A stretch of DNA of 64,000 nucleotides, taken from the NCBI GenBank assembly GCA_036630325.1, contig CP142736.1:744001-808000 (forward strand), in the 5' to 3' direction. Positions 47,928-58,126 of this stretch are shown here, piece by piece. The notes under the pieces are model-generated. The model did not search any database. It had not been told where the DNA came from and worked only from the letters and a program-made list of their open reading frames with translations. Made by a program: the position numbers and the translations under genes. Numbering within the stretch: the stretch's first letter is position 1; each line of letters opens with the position of its first letter. The DNA is from Vairimorpha necatrix. Taxonomy: Eukaryota.

Positions 47928-48878
47928 ATGTTATATTGGGTTGTTGTATTCTTAGCAATGTTAGACTTTTCTATGGCTTATAAAAAGGAAAAATACCGGT
48001 GTGTTAAGAGAATGCCAAAATGCATTCCCATAGAATGTAGTGATTCAAGATCTTCTTCATCGTCCGATGAATCTCATTATGAAAAGAGAGTTCATCCTAA
48101 ACATAGACCAGACACAGAACAATATCTACAATTAGTACAAGGTATAATATTGCAAACAAACTTGACTATAGAAAAATATGCTAGATGGTTTGCCGAGGAA
48201 ATAAGACAAAGATTAATAGCAGGAGTTGGCAAAGCTAACAAACATACACTTGAAAGAATAAAATGTGACACACATGAATTAGAAAAGAGAATTATTAAAA
48301 TTATCTGCCACTACAATGAAGAAATTGAAAGAGAATTATTAGAACTAGTTACAAATACCAATGCAGATCTTCAAGATTCAATTATTGAATTAGAGACTAC
48401 TTCTACCGCAGGGTTGATCGCTTCTTTGACTGCCGCCGCTACATTAACTGTGGTAGCACCTATTCAACTTGTTATAGATGTCACTATTGGAAATCCAATA
48501 GTTAATACGTTTGTCCTAAATTTGATTACGGATTTGGAAAGATTATTCAGACGTGTTACTGCACAAGAAATAGCAGCTGCTAATAAAATAATAGAAGACA
48601 AACTTCATAATCAACTTAGAGATATAGAAAAATTATTATGTGATTTCGAAAGAAGAATTGAAAATTATTTCAAGGAATTGGGAATAGAAACTGCTTCTTT
48701 AGTAACTTTAATAATTAATAATTCTACTAGAAAATTCATTTCTCATATTGAAGATCTTATTAAGAAACTTGGTAATAATGTGATCTGCATTTTACAAGGT
48801 AATAGAAATGAATATAAAAAAACCGTGATAGTAAAACCAACATTCCATCGTGAAGATAGTTACGAGTGTATACAATAA
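47928..48878 (+). CDS. Secreted protein, short paralog of 9492-11423
   Basis: Signal peptide, short Cys/Ser-rich segment; shared FAEE, LE.RII, TN..L, TVV.P, FE, RK.I and IL.G positions. Confidence 0.88.
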   Translation: MLYWVVVFLAMLDFSMAYKKEKYRCVKRMPKCIPIECSDSRSSSSSDESHYEKRVHPKHRPDTEQYLQLVQGIILQTNLTIEKYARWFAEEIRQRLIAGVGKANKHTLERIKCDTHELEKRIIKIICHYNEEIERELLELVTNTNADLQDSIIELETTSTAGLIASLTAAATLTVVAPIQLVIDVTIGNPIVNTFVLNLITDLERLFRRVTAQEIAAANKIIEDKLHNQLRDIEKLLCDFERRIENYFKELGIETASLVTLIINNSTRKFISHIEDLIKKLGNNVICILQGNRNEYKKTVIVKPTFHREDSYECIQ

Positions 48879-48918
48879 ATGTCTAAAGCTTAATTAATTT
48901 ATTTACATCTTAAATATT

Positions 48919-50211
48919 CTAAATTACATCTAAAATTTTATATGTTGCAGTTAAGATAGTCTTTACGCTTATATTTTTATCTTTTAAGATGCTTTCTATC
49001 AGTTCTGATTCCTCTGGAAATTCTGTTCTGATGAAATCCGGGACTTCATATGTTTCTTTTAGAGTTCTAATTACGTTGACCATCTCCGCGTGTGTCTTGA
49101 ATGGAAATAATAATTCAATCAAGATTGGTACAAGGGCTTTGCAGTCGAGTACCTTGTTATTATTTTGGTGTTCGCATTCTATTTTTTCCGTATCATCATA
49201 GTAAAAATAATCTGAATTCCCATATAGTTTGTTATTATATTCTTTATGTTTTTTGCAAATTGTTTTCGATCCAAAATCTCCTATTTTAGGAATGTATCCA
49301 TCATTCCCATCTAAGAAGATATTACTAGATTTCAAATCATTATGAGAAATGCCCAACGAGTGCAGGAATAATAAACCAAGTAAAATACATCTAAATATTC
49401 TCATCGAAAAAGCTCGCGATATTTTGTCATTTTTAATGCTCTCATTATAAAATGATATTGGTATTTCGACTTTAGTGTCAAGTAATCCTTCGTAGGTTAT
49501 GTTCATGTTCTTATAATTTTTAGTATCTTTATTAAAAATTATTTTATTTCTGACATCTAAAAAATCTCTCAAGCTAAACGAGCATATTTTAGTTTTCAAA
49601 TACAAGAAATATTCATCATTTGCCGATTTGATTCTTTTGACTTTTAAGTTTCCTTCAAGTTGTTTTTTTATTCCCCAGTTTCTCGTTCTTTTGATATTTA
49701 AATGTCTTTGCGATATAAAATGATTACTAACAATTCTTGTTTCCTCTGTATTTAGACATTTAATATCCATTTTACTAAATTTTTTATCTTCTTTGTCTAT
49801 TAATTTAATATTTTCAATACATTGAATATCGGGCGAACTAAATTGTTCATATTTCTTATCTTTATTTTCCAAATTATTTACTGTCAATTGTTCATAAAAA
49901 TCAATATTCTGTCTGTTTGTTTCCCACTTTTTTTCAATATCCAATTTTTCTTTATTAAGTTTTATTGGTCTCTTAGATATCATCAGCGGAGAATAGTAGA
50001 GGATATTAGGATGAGATGTATTAAACGGAAGCAGTTCATTGATAAAATTATTTGGATTTTTAAGATTTATATGCACTTCTTTGAGTGCGAAGTTTTCATT
50101 TGTTAATTTATCCTGTACATTGTAAACAGTCCCATATGATCCTTTTCCCAGTAAAGATTTGACATGAAATCTTTTGAAATATTTCTCATGTTCTTTGTTC
50201 AACACTAACAT
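48919..50211 (-). CDS. Protein kinase, eIF2-alpha kinase (PEK/GCN2/HRI)-like
   Basis: LGKGSYGTV, FALKEV, HPNILYY, long insert, LYLKTKIC..SL, HNDLKSSNIFL, KIGDFG and IELLFPFKT.AE. Confidence 0.8.
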   Translation of the reverse strand: MLVLNKEHEKYFKRFHVKSLLGKGSYGTVYNVQDKLTNENFALKEVHINLKNPNNFINELLPFNTSHPNILYYSPLMISKRPIKLNKEKLDIEKKWETNRQNIDFYEQLTVNNLENKDKKYEQFSSPDIQCIENIKLIDKEDKKFSKMDIKCLNTEETRIVSNHFISQRHLNIKRTRNWGIKKQLEGNLKVKRIKSANDEYFLYLKTKICSFSLRDFLDVRNKIIFNKDTKNYKNMNITYEGLLDTKVEIPISFYNESIKNDKISRAFSMRIFRCILLGLLFLHSLGISHNDLKSSNIFLDGNDGYIPKIGDFGSKTICKKHKEYNNKLYGNSDYFYYDDTEKIECEHQNNNKVLDCKALVPILIELLFPFKTHAEMVNVIRTLKETYEVPDFIRTEFPEESELIESILKDKNISVKTILTATYKILDVI

Positions 50212-50514
50212 AAGGATAAAAAATAATTTATTCTTTTTATAGCAAATAATTAAAACAAATATTTAGAGACATTCTTAAAAATCTGATAAATTACAAAAAG
50301 TTAACGAATATTTTAAAAATGTCAAGAAAATTTTTAAATAGTTTAAAAAGGAAAGAAATAACAAAAATAAGGATGAAATAAGTCTAAAATTAATAATTAA
50401 TTTTAAATAAATTTTAACTGAATAAAATAAAAATAAATTAAAAACGGTCACTGGTCATGAAAGGTTTTTATTTCGTGTCATTTTTGAAGTCTTTGACGAT
50501 CAACAAATTATATT

Positions 50515-51933
50515 TTAATCTACTAAATTAAATTTGACTTTCGCTTCCTCCGTGTAATTGTAATTAAAAAATAATTCCTCGCCAATTTTTATATCACGAA
50601 GGGCGAAAAAACATAATCGTATTTTTCTATCTATTTCTACCTTTTTTATATATGTGTTGGGTTTGTTAGAATGATTTATAAATCTAGAATTATTTCCTAT
50701 ATTATTAGCATCTATACAATGTTTACTACTATACTCAAATATATAAGATTTCTTGTTTGCATCATAAAAATTGCCTCTTCTGTCTCCTTCACTGACAGAA
50801 ATTATCTCGCCTATGTATTCAATTACAAAATCACCTTTCTTAATAGTTTCATTAGCAAAGCATCCAAGTCCGGCCTTGGGACTTTCATAAATGAAAGTGG
50901 ATTTGGCTTTGAGCGCCAAGCCTTGACTTTTTACTTCGGAACTACAGCAGCCTTTATATTTACAATAATCTCCACATGGCCTACCTAATATTTTACATTT
51001 ACAAAGATGATTACAAGTTCTTTTACATTTACAACCTACAAAATTAAAATCACTTCTAGTGCACAGGCATCTTGTGTCGCATCCTGTGCCATTCATAAAA
51101 CAAACACAATCTTTGTTGTTATAGCAACGTCCCTTATGAAAACATATAGAAGGAATATCTAATATTTCGAAAAAATGACTATATTGACTTTGTAAAATCT
51201 TTTTAGTGCGAATTTGTCCTGCTTTTAGATCTTTACAGGATATAAACTTGTTGTATTTTATAAATATATTATATGACGTCATACATTTGTCGTTATTGAA
51301 CATTTTTAACATTTTTTTTATTTCTTGAATTTTACACTTCAGAAAATTATGATCAGTGTGTTTTAAAACAGGAAATTGTAAAGAATTACAATAGCACAAC
51401 ATTTTTTCCTTGGTATTGTAACATGTCTCAGTATAAAGAGGATGTATTTTACAACCAAAAAATTTACAAATACTGCAAAAATTTTTACAAAGATCTAGAA
51501 AAAAGCCTTGACTGGGTTCTGGAAATTTAATATTGCACAATTTGTCCAATTGTGACGTTTTAACTTTAAGAAAGTCTGCTATTTTGTTTGTATCATTGTT
51601 TTTTAATAATTTATAAAATATTTCGTTATATTGGTTATGTGGCTGATCAAATATCGTGGTTTCTTCGTAATGTTGAATGTCTAAGACGGGCATATCTTTG
51701 ACGTATGGAGTATATTCCAGCACATTCTTGTCGGAAGTATGTAAATTTACATGTGATAAATAATAATGTCTACTTTTGGAAGAAGATGGTAAATATGGAA
51801 TTATTCCATTGACTGTCCTTAAATTTATGTCATCTTCATATATTTTTGTGACGAGTTTTGATTTATTTTCTTCTATTGATTTTTTACATTCGTCGTTATA
51901 TTCTCTAACGGCTTTCTTTAATTCATAGATCAT
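50515..51933 (-). CDS. EZH2: Enhancer-of-zeste (EZH/KMT6) family histone H3K27 methyltransferase
   Basis: SRM-like LEYTPYVKD; MCSS FCSICKFFGCKIHP (compare FCRRCFKYDCFLHP); tandem CXC; SET domain EYIGEIISVSEGDRRG..YD, IDA...GN.SRFINHS..PN and GEELFFNY; no Cys post-SET. Start moved to ATG 51933 after CCCC. Confidence 0.9.
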   Translation of the reverse strand: MIYELKKAVREYNDECKKSIEENKSKLVTKIYEDDINLRTVNGIIPYLPSSSKSRHYYLSHVNLHTSDKNVLEYTPYVKDMPVLDIQHYEETTIFDQPHNQYNEIFYKLLKNNDTNKIADFLKVKTSQLDKLCNIKFPEPSQGFFLDLCKNFCSICKFFGCKIHPLYTETCYNTKEKMLCYCNSLQFPVLKHTDHNFLKCKIQEIKKMLKMFNNDKCMTSYNIFIKYNKFISCKDLKAGQIRTKKILQSQYSHFFEILDIPSICFHKGRCYNNKDCVCFMNGTGCDTRCLCTRSDFNFVGCKCKRTCNHLCKCKILGRPCGDYCKYKGCCSSEVKSQGLALKAKSTFIYESPKAGLGCFANETIKKGDFVIEYIGEIISVSEGDRRGNFYDANKKSYIFEYSSKHCIDANNIGNNSRFINHSNKPNTYIKKVEIDRKIRLCFFALRDIKIGEELFFNYNYTEEAKVKFNLVD

Positions 51934-52240
51934 GTGGAGGGGAGTTAAAATATGTATACTGGTGTTAAGATTAAACATTACACATGTCAATTATAATCAT
52001 CAATACTTTTGTAAAGTTGTTTAATTCACAAATATCTAAGGGAGTTCAGAATATTAACCGTTATTAATATTTTTTTACAATTTTTTCTAAATTTTCAAAT
52101 TTAGAAAAAATACATTATTGCCTACCAAATATTTTTTAAGATTAAAATCTATCCAAGAAAAATTGATAAAAAATAAAGTTTTTTAACCGACAAAGCACTT
52201 TAATAAATTTTCTGATTAAAATATGAAATTCATACCCCCG

Positions 52241-53140
52241 ATGACTAACAAATTGTATATTTCCGAATGTAATTTAAAAGTCATACGTTCTCATCCCACA
52301 AAAAATATTTTAGTTGCTTTGGGCCAACGTACAATTGTAATTCTACAAATGATAAATAATAACTTAGTTATAAAAATGCGCTTTGTAGATGAAAACGAGA
52401 AAGAATTTTATTCTTGTCTAGATTTTTTGGACTATAATGATAAATTTTATGTTGTTTTTGGTGGTAAATGTGGTATTATAAAAATTTTAGATCTCACCAT
52501 TGGGAAATTTTATGGTTTTATTGATGCACACGAAGAAATCACAGACATTAAAGTCATGGGAACATTAATAGCGTCCTGTGGTACTGACTTATCAATAAAA
52601 ATCTGGGATTTTAATACATTCAAATGTATAAACACTTTTACAGGACACGACGAAGTTGTTCTTAAACTTGATTTGAAAGATGACCTTTTAGTTAGTGCAG
52701 GCATGGATCAGAAGATCCTAATTTGGGACATTAAAAAGAGTCCCAGCTATGAACCTATGTTCATTATTGAAAATTTACACAAAGAACTGATACTAAAAAC
52801 TTTTTTTTATGGTACTTTAATTATTGCATTGACTAAAGACAATATGATAACTATTTGCAGGATTAACGACACAGGAAAAGAAAGTTCTAATAGAAATTTT
52901 TTATTGATTAAAACATTGCACTATGCGGATATTGTTGATATAGATATAATGGAACATTCTTTAATATGCTTCAGTCAAAGTATTGGACTGTTTATGATAG
53001 ATTTATTGTCAATATTAGACACCGTCAAAGTAAAACATATCGAAAAATCATCAGATTTGGGACTGTGTGTCACATCAAACAAAAAAAATATATTTGTTTT
53101 ATATGAAGATAATTTAATAGAGGCATTTCAAATTAATTAA
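52241..53140 (+). CDS. EED: EED/ESC/FIE-like WD40 protein (PRC2 subunit), reduced
   Basis: FVDENEKEFYSC (compare YVDADADENFYTC), GGKCGIIKILD (AGSRGIIRIIN), GHDEVVLKLD, SAGMDQKILIW (SCGMDHSLKLW) and PMF..ENLH (PDFSTRDIH). Start at ATG 52241 after CCCCC. Confidence 0.8.
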   Translation: MTNKLYISECNLKVIRSHPTKNILVALGQRTIVILQMINNNLVIKMRFVDENEKEFYSCLDFLDYNDKFYVVFGGKCGIIKILDLTIGKFYGFIDAHEEITDIKVMGTLIASCGTDLSIKIWDFNTFKCINTFTGHDEVVLKLDLKDDLLVSAGMDQKILIWDIKKSPSYEPMFIIENLHKELILKTFFYGTLIIALTKDNMITICRINDTGKESSNRNFLLIKTLHYADIVDIDIMEHSLICFSQSIGLFMIDLLSILDTVKVKHIEKSSDLGLCVTSNKKNIFVLYEDNLIEAFQIN

Positions 53141-53148
53141 TAAATTTT

Positions 53149-53598
53149 TTATTTGTTATTAATAAATGGATTGAAATTTTTACACATGTCTTTAGTTTCA
53201 TAAATAAAATTTATACCTTCGCTTGTCAATGTTTTAAAATGTTTGTACACAGATGAATCGAAATATGGTAGTCTTGTATATGGGCATATAAACATAGCAG
53301 GGAGACCAGTAATAACGCACAATTTTTTCTTGGGTCTGACTGAAAATCTACTGGCTATTTCTGTATATTTAAGACTAAAAATATCTAAAGATTTTGCAAA
53401 TGTTTTCATATTTTTATTTTTGTAGTTTTTTTGTTTATAGGTGGCGTATTTCTTGACATTTATTGTGTCATAATGTTTAATACCATCAAAATTGTTTTGT
53501 GTTTTGTTTTCTACTATTTCTGAACTTGTACTAGACGAATCGACTATTGATTTGTTACGTCTTCTAGTTTGCACTTTCTTATTGATTTTGTTGACCAT
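53149..53598 (-). CDS. YL1-C domain protein, Ies6/INO80C-like (Vps72 not excluded)
   Basis: YTEIASRFSVRPKKKLCVITGLPAMFICPYTRLPYF; CCCC upstream. Confidence 0.8.
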   Translation of the reverse strand: MVNKINKKVQTRRRNKSIVDSSSTSSEIVENKTQNNFDGIKHYDTINVKKYATYKQKNYKNKNMKTFAKSLDIFSLKYTEIASRFSVRPKKKLCVITGLPAMFICPYTRLPYFDSSVYKHFKTLTSEGINFIYETKDMCKNFNPFINNK

Positions 53599-53787
53599 TT
53601 GGGGCTAAATTTTATTTTTTTTTTCAAAAGTTTAAATTAATTGTACAATATTTAGAATCGAACGAACAATCGTTTAGAACATTAAGGATGAAAATTTTGA
53701 TGTTTTTTGTTTAAGAATTAGCTTTTTATGACATTACATAATTTTTTTTGCTTTTTTTTGAATAATATTAAATTGCTTTTTATTTTT

Positions 53788-56700
53788 CTAGACTGTATAG
53801 GCATTCATATCATAAAGTAGATCAAATATACTTGTTCCAACTTTCACTGGTGTACCAACTGTAAGTGACGCAGAAGGATTGTCTAAATTATCTGTCATAT
53901 GAAATTCCGAAGCTTTTTTAAGATTTGCAAAACAAGACTCAAAACTCATTTTTTGTAATGGACTGTCACAGACTCCCAACCCAATTCTATTAAAGGCCAA
54001 ATACTCCCCAGTTCTGGTCATGTAATCGGCTACTAACATCAAATGACGAATATCTATTTCAATGCCGTAGACGTCGAACACTGTTATAATTTCATTTATA
54101 ATTGCTTCTCTGGCTGCTTCTATACCAAATGTATTACAAATCGAATAAATGTCATTACTAGAAGATTTGTAAATATCAAAATATTCTAGTGGATCAATAA
54201 CCCCATTTTCCGTTTTAATTAAAGAAAGCAAGCTTAAAAAATTTGATCCTTCTATAAAAATATTTTCTTTAGACACAGTTGCCTTTAAAATGTCTTTGTG
54301 TTCTTTCACAAGTATTTTTGGGAAAATTGATTCTATGATTGGCAAAAGTAAAAAATTAAAATCGGCTGGATAATACGAAACGAACTCGTAACATTTAGAT
54401 GACACTTTCTTGAAATTTATAGTTTTAAAAACGGGCTCAGTATTATCATTTTCTTCTTCAGCTTGTTCTCCCTCGCCTTGTTCTTCTTCATTTTCCTCGT
54501 TAATTTCATTTTCTACTTTTTCTTCTTCTAATACTAAATTTTCAGTTACTATTTTCTCAGTTTCCTTGTCGTCGTCGTGTTCTGAATCTTCGTCTTCATC
54601 AGAATCAGTTTCCTTCGTTGGTGCTGCCTCTTGGTTTTCTTTTATTGATGTCTCTCTTGTAGTAATTTCTGATATGTTTATTCCTCCCGACAATTTACTT
54701 AACTTTCTGATTTTCTTACCTAATTCGAAAAGAAATAGTGAGTCTAAAACTGGCACCGCGTATTTTTCATGTTTGAGAATACTAATGTTGATTCGTATTT
54801 CTTTCATAAATGTACCTTGTTTAGTTATTAGCTTCTCAGTCACTGTTACTTCATTGATACATTCATCTAAAGTAATCCGCTGCAAAGCATCAATAGCTTC
54901 CTGTGGTACTTCTTTTATGATAGGAACAGATATAAGTGGCGTTTGTATCTTTTTCGAAGCAACCATGACGATTTCTCGTAATCTAGGAATACCCAATGTT
55001 ACGTTCTTTGCACCTACCCCAGCCAAGTGGAAAGTGTTTAGTGTCATCTGTGTAGAGGGTTCTCCTATAGATTGACCAGCAATAACACCAACTGCTTCAC
55101 CAGGATCAACAAGAGAATCAACATAATCTTCCTTACAAATACTTTTAATTTCTTCTTCCTCATTATAAATTAGATCTCTCCATTCTTTATTTGTAAAATT
55201 TAGCGACTTGAAAAAATTTTCCATATTTTTATTTGTAAAATTTTTTCTATTTTTTTTCAAAAAATCAATTTGCTTTAGATATGAAGATTTTGTACAATCT
55301 AGGCCATCTTCACCATAAACATATTGAACAATTTTACTGCCCATTCTTACTGATAGATCATATTCTACTTTTAATCCTTCTAAATGCTTTATTAAACATC
55401 TTTGTAAATAACCAGATCTTGATGTTTTCACAGCAGTGTCTATCAAACCTTCTCTACCCGCCATACAATGGAAAAAGAATTCAGGAGGATTTACACCTGT
55501 CAAAAATCTCTGAAAAACATAACCGCCTGCATTAGGCGAAGATTCAAATTTAGTGAAACATGGCAAAGTTTTTCCGCTGATCATGTGCGCGACTCTTTTT
55601 CCTTCTAATTCTTGTTGACCTAATGATCCAGAAATCTGGCTTAGATTGACCATCGATCCTTTGGCTCCCGTTATAATAATAAGTCCCATATTATTAAGTG
55701 GAAACTTCTTTAATTGTCCTTCTGGTACACTAGTCTCCACAATACTTGTGGTTACTTTATTCATTTCTTCCCTAATAATAGAATCTAATTGTGCAGTTTT
55801 AGTAGAATTAATATAATAATCAGCATTTTCATTAATAAACTTTTTCTGTTTTATTTTTGCAGATTCACATCCTTCTTTGATTATATCATTCCTAATCTTA
55901 TCAGCTTCTACGTCTAATAATAAATCATCTATTCTGACAGTAAACCCAAAGATAAATAAATAACGGTTAACGATTCGGCCAAAATAGGTAAGAAGATCAT
56001 TGGCAATATCAAACCCATGTAATTGTCCACATGCATGTACTAAAGAGAATTGTGTTGGCCCTATGACATTTTTATCTAAAATTCCAGTGACCATTTCGCC
56101 ATCTAAAAAATTTGCAAAAGCTTCTTCTTCGTGGCCTACCCAAGTCCTTTGTCCAATCTTTCCTTTATTAGATAAATTGACATTTAATTTGAGATTCTTT
56201 AACAATCCTGAAACTATTTGCTTTCCTGAATACAATCTAACTGGTTTTGTAATACAAGGATTATCTAATATAAGTCTTCTGTCGGGTAGAGCTGTTTGTA
56301 ATAAATCAATATAATGTTCTCTAGTATAAAATGAATCTTTTAAGGTAAGAATAGACGCTCCTACAATATGATCTTGTGTTAATCCTCTAATCGGTTCTCC
56401 ATTCGTAGGTACTAAATACATTTTATCATTGAGAACCAAATCTTCAGCTTCGGCAGTCGCGACATAACTTTGAGGAAAATGAACATTCATTTCATCTCCG
56501 TCGAAATCCGCATTATACGGTTTACAATTAACATAATGCATTCTAAGTGTCTTTTCTCCTTCTAATACTTTGACTTTGTGGCCCATTATACTTTGTTTAT
56601 GAAGTGTCGGCTGTCTATTTATTAATACAACATCACCTGTAGATAAATGTCTCCATACTACTTTATTGCCGCTAAGTAATTGATTTGCTAGAATTACACG

Positions 56701-57945
56701 TTTATCATAACCAATATGTTCAAGACTTTGTAAATTTTTACCAACTTGTATAGCATTTGCGCCAGGATATTCTTTGCCGTTTATTACTGATTTTCTTAGT
56801 CTATCATAATTATTTGAATTAACTTTTTCAGGAAATGTTAATTTTTGCGCAAAAATTTTTGGTATTCCCATTTCTCTAGTATGCAAATTTGGATCTGGTG
56901 AAATAACAGACCTAGCTGCAAAATTTACTCTTTTTCCCATTATATTTCTTCTAAATAATCCTTCTTTTTTCTCTAAAATTTGTTTGTGACCTGCCGCGTT
57001 ATCATTTCTACCATATGACGATTTTGAACTATCAAAATATACCAAAACAGCAGCTTGTAATTCGGGCCAAAAATCGGAATTAGTTTCTAATTCTAGATTG
57101 ATTTTTAATATTCTTATATAATGAAGATTTTGTGGATTTTCATAAGCTTTCCCATTATAATAAGAAACTGGTCTAAATTTTACAGGAGGTACTGAAATAT
57201 TATAAATAAAAAACATTTTATAGTCTAAACTTGAAAACATTCCCTCCATTATATTTTTTTCATTTTTAAATGTTTTTTGAAATATTTCTATAATTTCTTC
57301 AATTGTAAAAATTTTTTGACTATTATTTTCTTGTACACGACTAATTTTCAGATTTTTATTAAAAGTTACTTTTTGGTTTTTATTTTTACATTTGACACAT
57401 TTCATTCTCATAATTGCACTTTTCAAAATTTTATTAGCATAGTCTTGGTGGTGGTAATTTGATGATATTGTTTTTGTATTTTTAGTATCTAGTAAAATAT
57501 CTGCTATTTTTTTACAAAGTTGTGTCTCGTCTTTATAACTATCAAGATATTCTAAATTATCAATACTTAATCCTTTTTTCAGTAAATTGAGTTTTAAATA
57601 GTGAATTAATCTTTGATTATTCGTTATTTTTAATAAACCACATTTATGACATACACTTCTTAATAAAGCGTACATAGTATTAAATAACAGAGGATTAAAA
57701 ACAGGACTACGTAATTTTATATAGCCAAAATGACCAGGACAACTCAAATATGAGAGATTACAAGTTTTACATAAAAATTCGTTATTATGGGGACCCATTC
57801 TTGGATCAGATAGACCATCTGGGAATGGATGCCCAAAGGCGTCCAGACTTAATGGCTGTATTATTTCCATGACACTCATCTTTACTATTTCTTCGTCTTT
57901 ATAGAATGTAAAGGATATTTTGTCTGGGATATAACTCGTGAACAT
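53788..57945 (-). CDS. RPA1: RNA polymerase I largest subunit
   Basis: CPGHFG, KKEGLFRRNIMGKRVNFAARSVISPDP, YNADFDGDEMN, PIRGLTQDH, FHCMAGREGLIDTAVKTSRSGYLQR, acidic expander, no CTD. Start moved to ATG 57945 after CCCC. Confidence 0.96.
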   Translation of the reverse strand: MFTSYIPDKISFTFYKDEEIVKMSVMEIIQPLSLDAFGHPFPDGLSDPRMGPHNNEFLCKTCNLSYLSCPGHFGYIKLRSPVFNPLLFNTMYALLRSVCHKCGLLKITNNQRLIHYLKLNLLKKGLSIDNLEYLDSYKDETQLCKKIADILLDTKNTKTISSNYHHQDYANKILKSAIMRMKCVKCKNKNQKVTFNKNLKISRVQENNSQKIFTIEEIIEIFQKTFKNEKNIMEGMFSSLDYKMFFIYNISVPPVKFRPVSYYNGKAYENPQNLHYIRILKINLELETNSDFWPELQAAVLVYFDSSKSSYGRNDNAAGHKQILEKKEGLFRRNIMGKRVNFAARSVISPDPNLHTREMGIPKIFAQKLTFPEKVNSNNYDRLRKSVINGKEYPGANAIQVGKNLQSLEHIGYDKRVILANQLLSGNKVVWRHLSTGDVVLINRQPTLHKQSIMGHKVKVLEGEKTLRMHYVNCKPYNADFDGDEMNVHFPQSYVATAEAEDLVLNDKMYLVPTNGEPIRGLTQDHIVGASILTLKDSFYTREHYIDLLQTALPDRRLILDNPCITKPVRLYSGKQIVSGLLKNLKLNVNLSNKGKIGQRTWVGHEEEAFANFLDGEMVTGILDKNVIGPTQFSLVHACGQLHGFDIANDLLTYFGRIVNRYLFIFGFTVRIDDLLLDVEADKIRNDIIKEGCESAKIKQKKFINENADYYINSTKTAQLDSIIREEMNKVTTSIVETSVPEGQLKKFPLNNMGLIIITGAKGSMVNLSQISGSLGQQELEGKRVAHMISGKTLPCFTKFESSPNAGGYVFQRFLTGVNPPEFFFHCMAGREGLIDTAVKTSRSGYLQRCLIKHLEGLKVEYDLSVRMGSKIVQYVYGEDGLDCTKSSYLKQIDFLKKNRKNFTNKNMENFFKSLNFTNKEWRDLIYNEEEEIKSICKEDYVDSLVDPGEAVGVIAGQSIGEPSTQMTLNTFHLAGVGAKNVTLGIPRLREIVMVASKKIQTPLISVPIIKEVPQEAIDALQRITLDECINEVTVTEKLITKQGTFMKEIRINISILKHEKYAVPVLDSLFLFELGKKIRKLSKLSGGINISEITTRETSIKENQEAAPTKETDSDEDEDSEHDDDKETEKIVTENLVLEEEKVENEINEENEEEQGEGEQAEEENDNTEPVFKTINFKKVSSKCYEFVSYYPADFNFLLLPIIESIFPKILVKEHKDILKATVSKENIFIEGSNFLSLLSLIKTENGVIDPLEYFDIYKSSSNDIYSICNTFGIEAAREAIINEIITVFDVYGIEIDIRHLMLVADYMTRTGEYLAFNRIGLGVCDSPLQKMSFESCFANLKKASEFHMTDNLDNPSASLTVGTPVKVGTSIFDLLYDMNAYTV

Positions 57946-58126
57946 TAAAGGGGTCAAAAATATTAATTTTTTAACGGCTAAATAAGAAAATAACGGACAA
58001 AAAACAAATTTATTAAAATATGAAAAATATTACAGATGGACAAAAATCGATCTAGATTAACTGATATATTTCGATATCTATTTACAATATTATATTAAGA
58101 TTAATAACTATACATCAATCTTGAGA

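Noticed and set aside
306-57462. Many short ORFs antisense to or overlapping real genes (for example 10457-10999, 54410-55075, 9733-10143) and short AT-rich intergenic ORFs
   Set aside because: Shadow ORFs from codon bias: no CCC start context, often TTG starts, no recognisable motifs.
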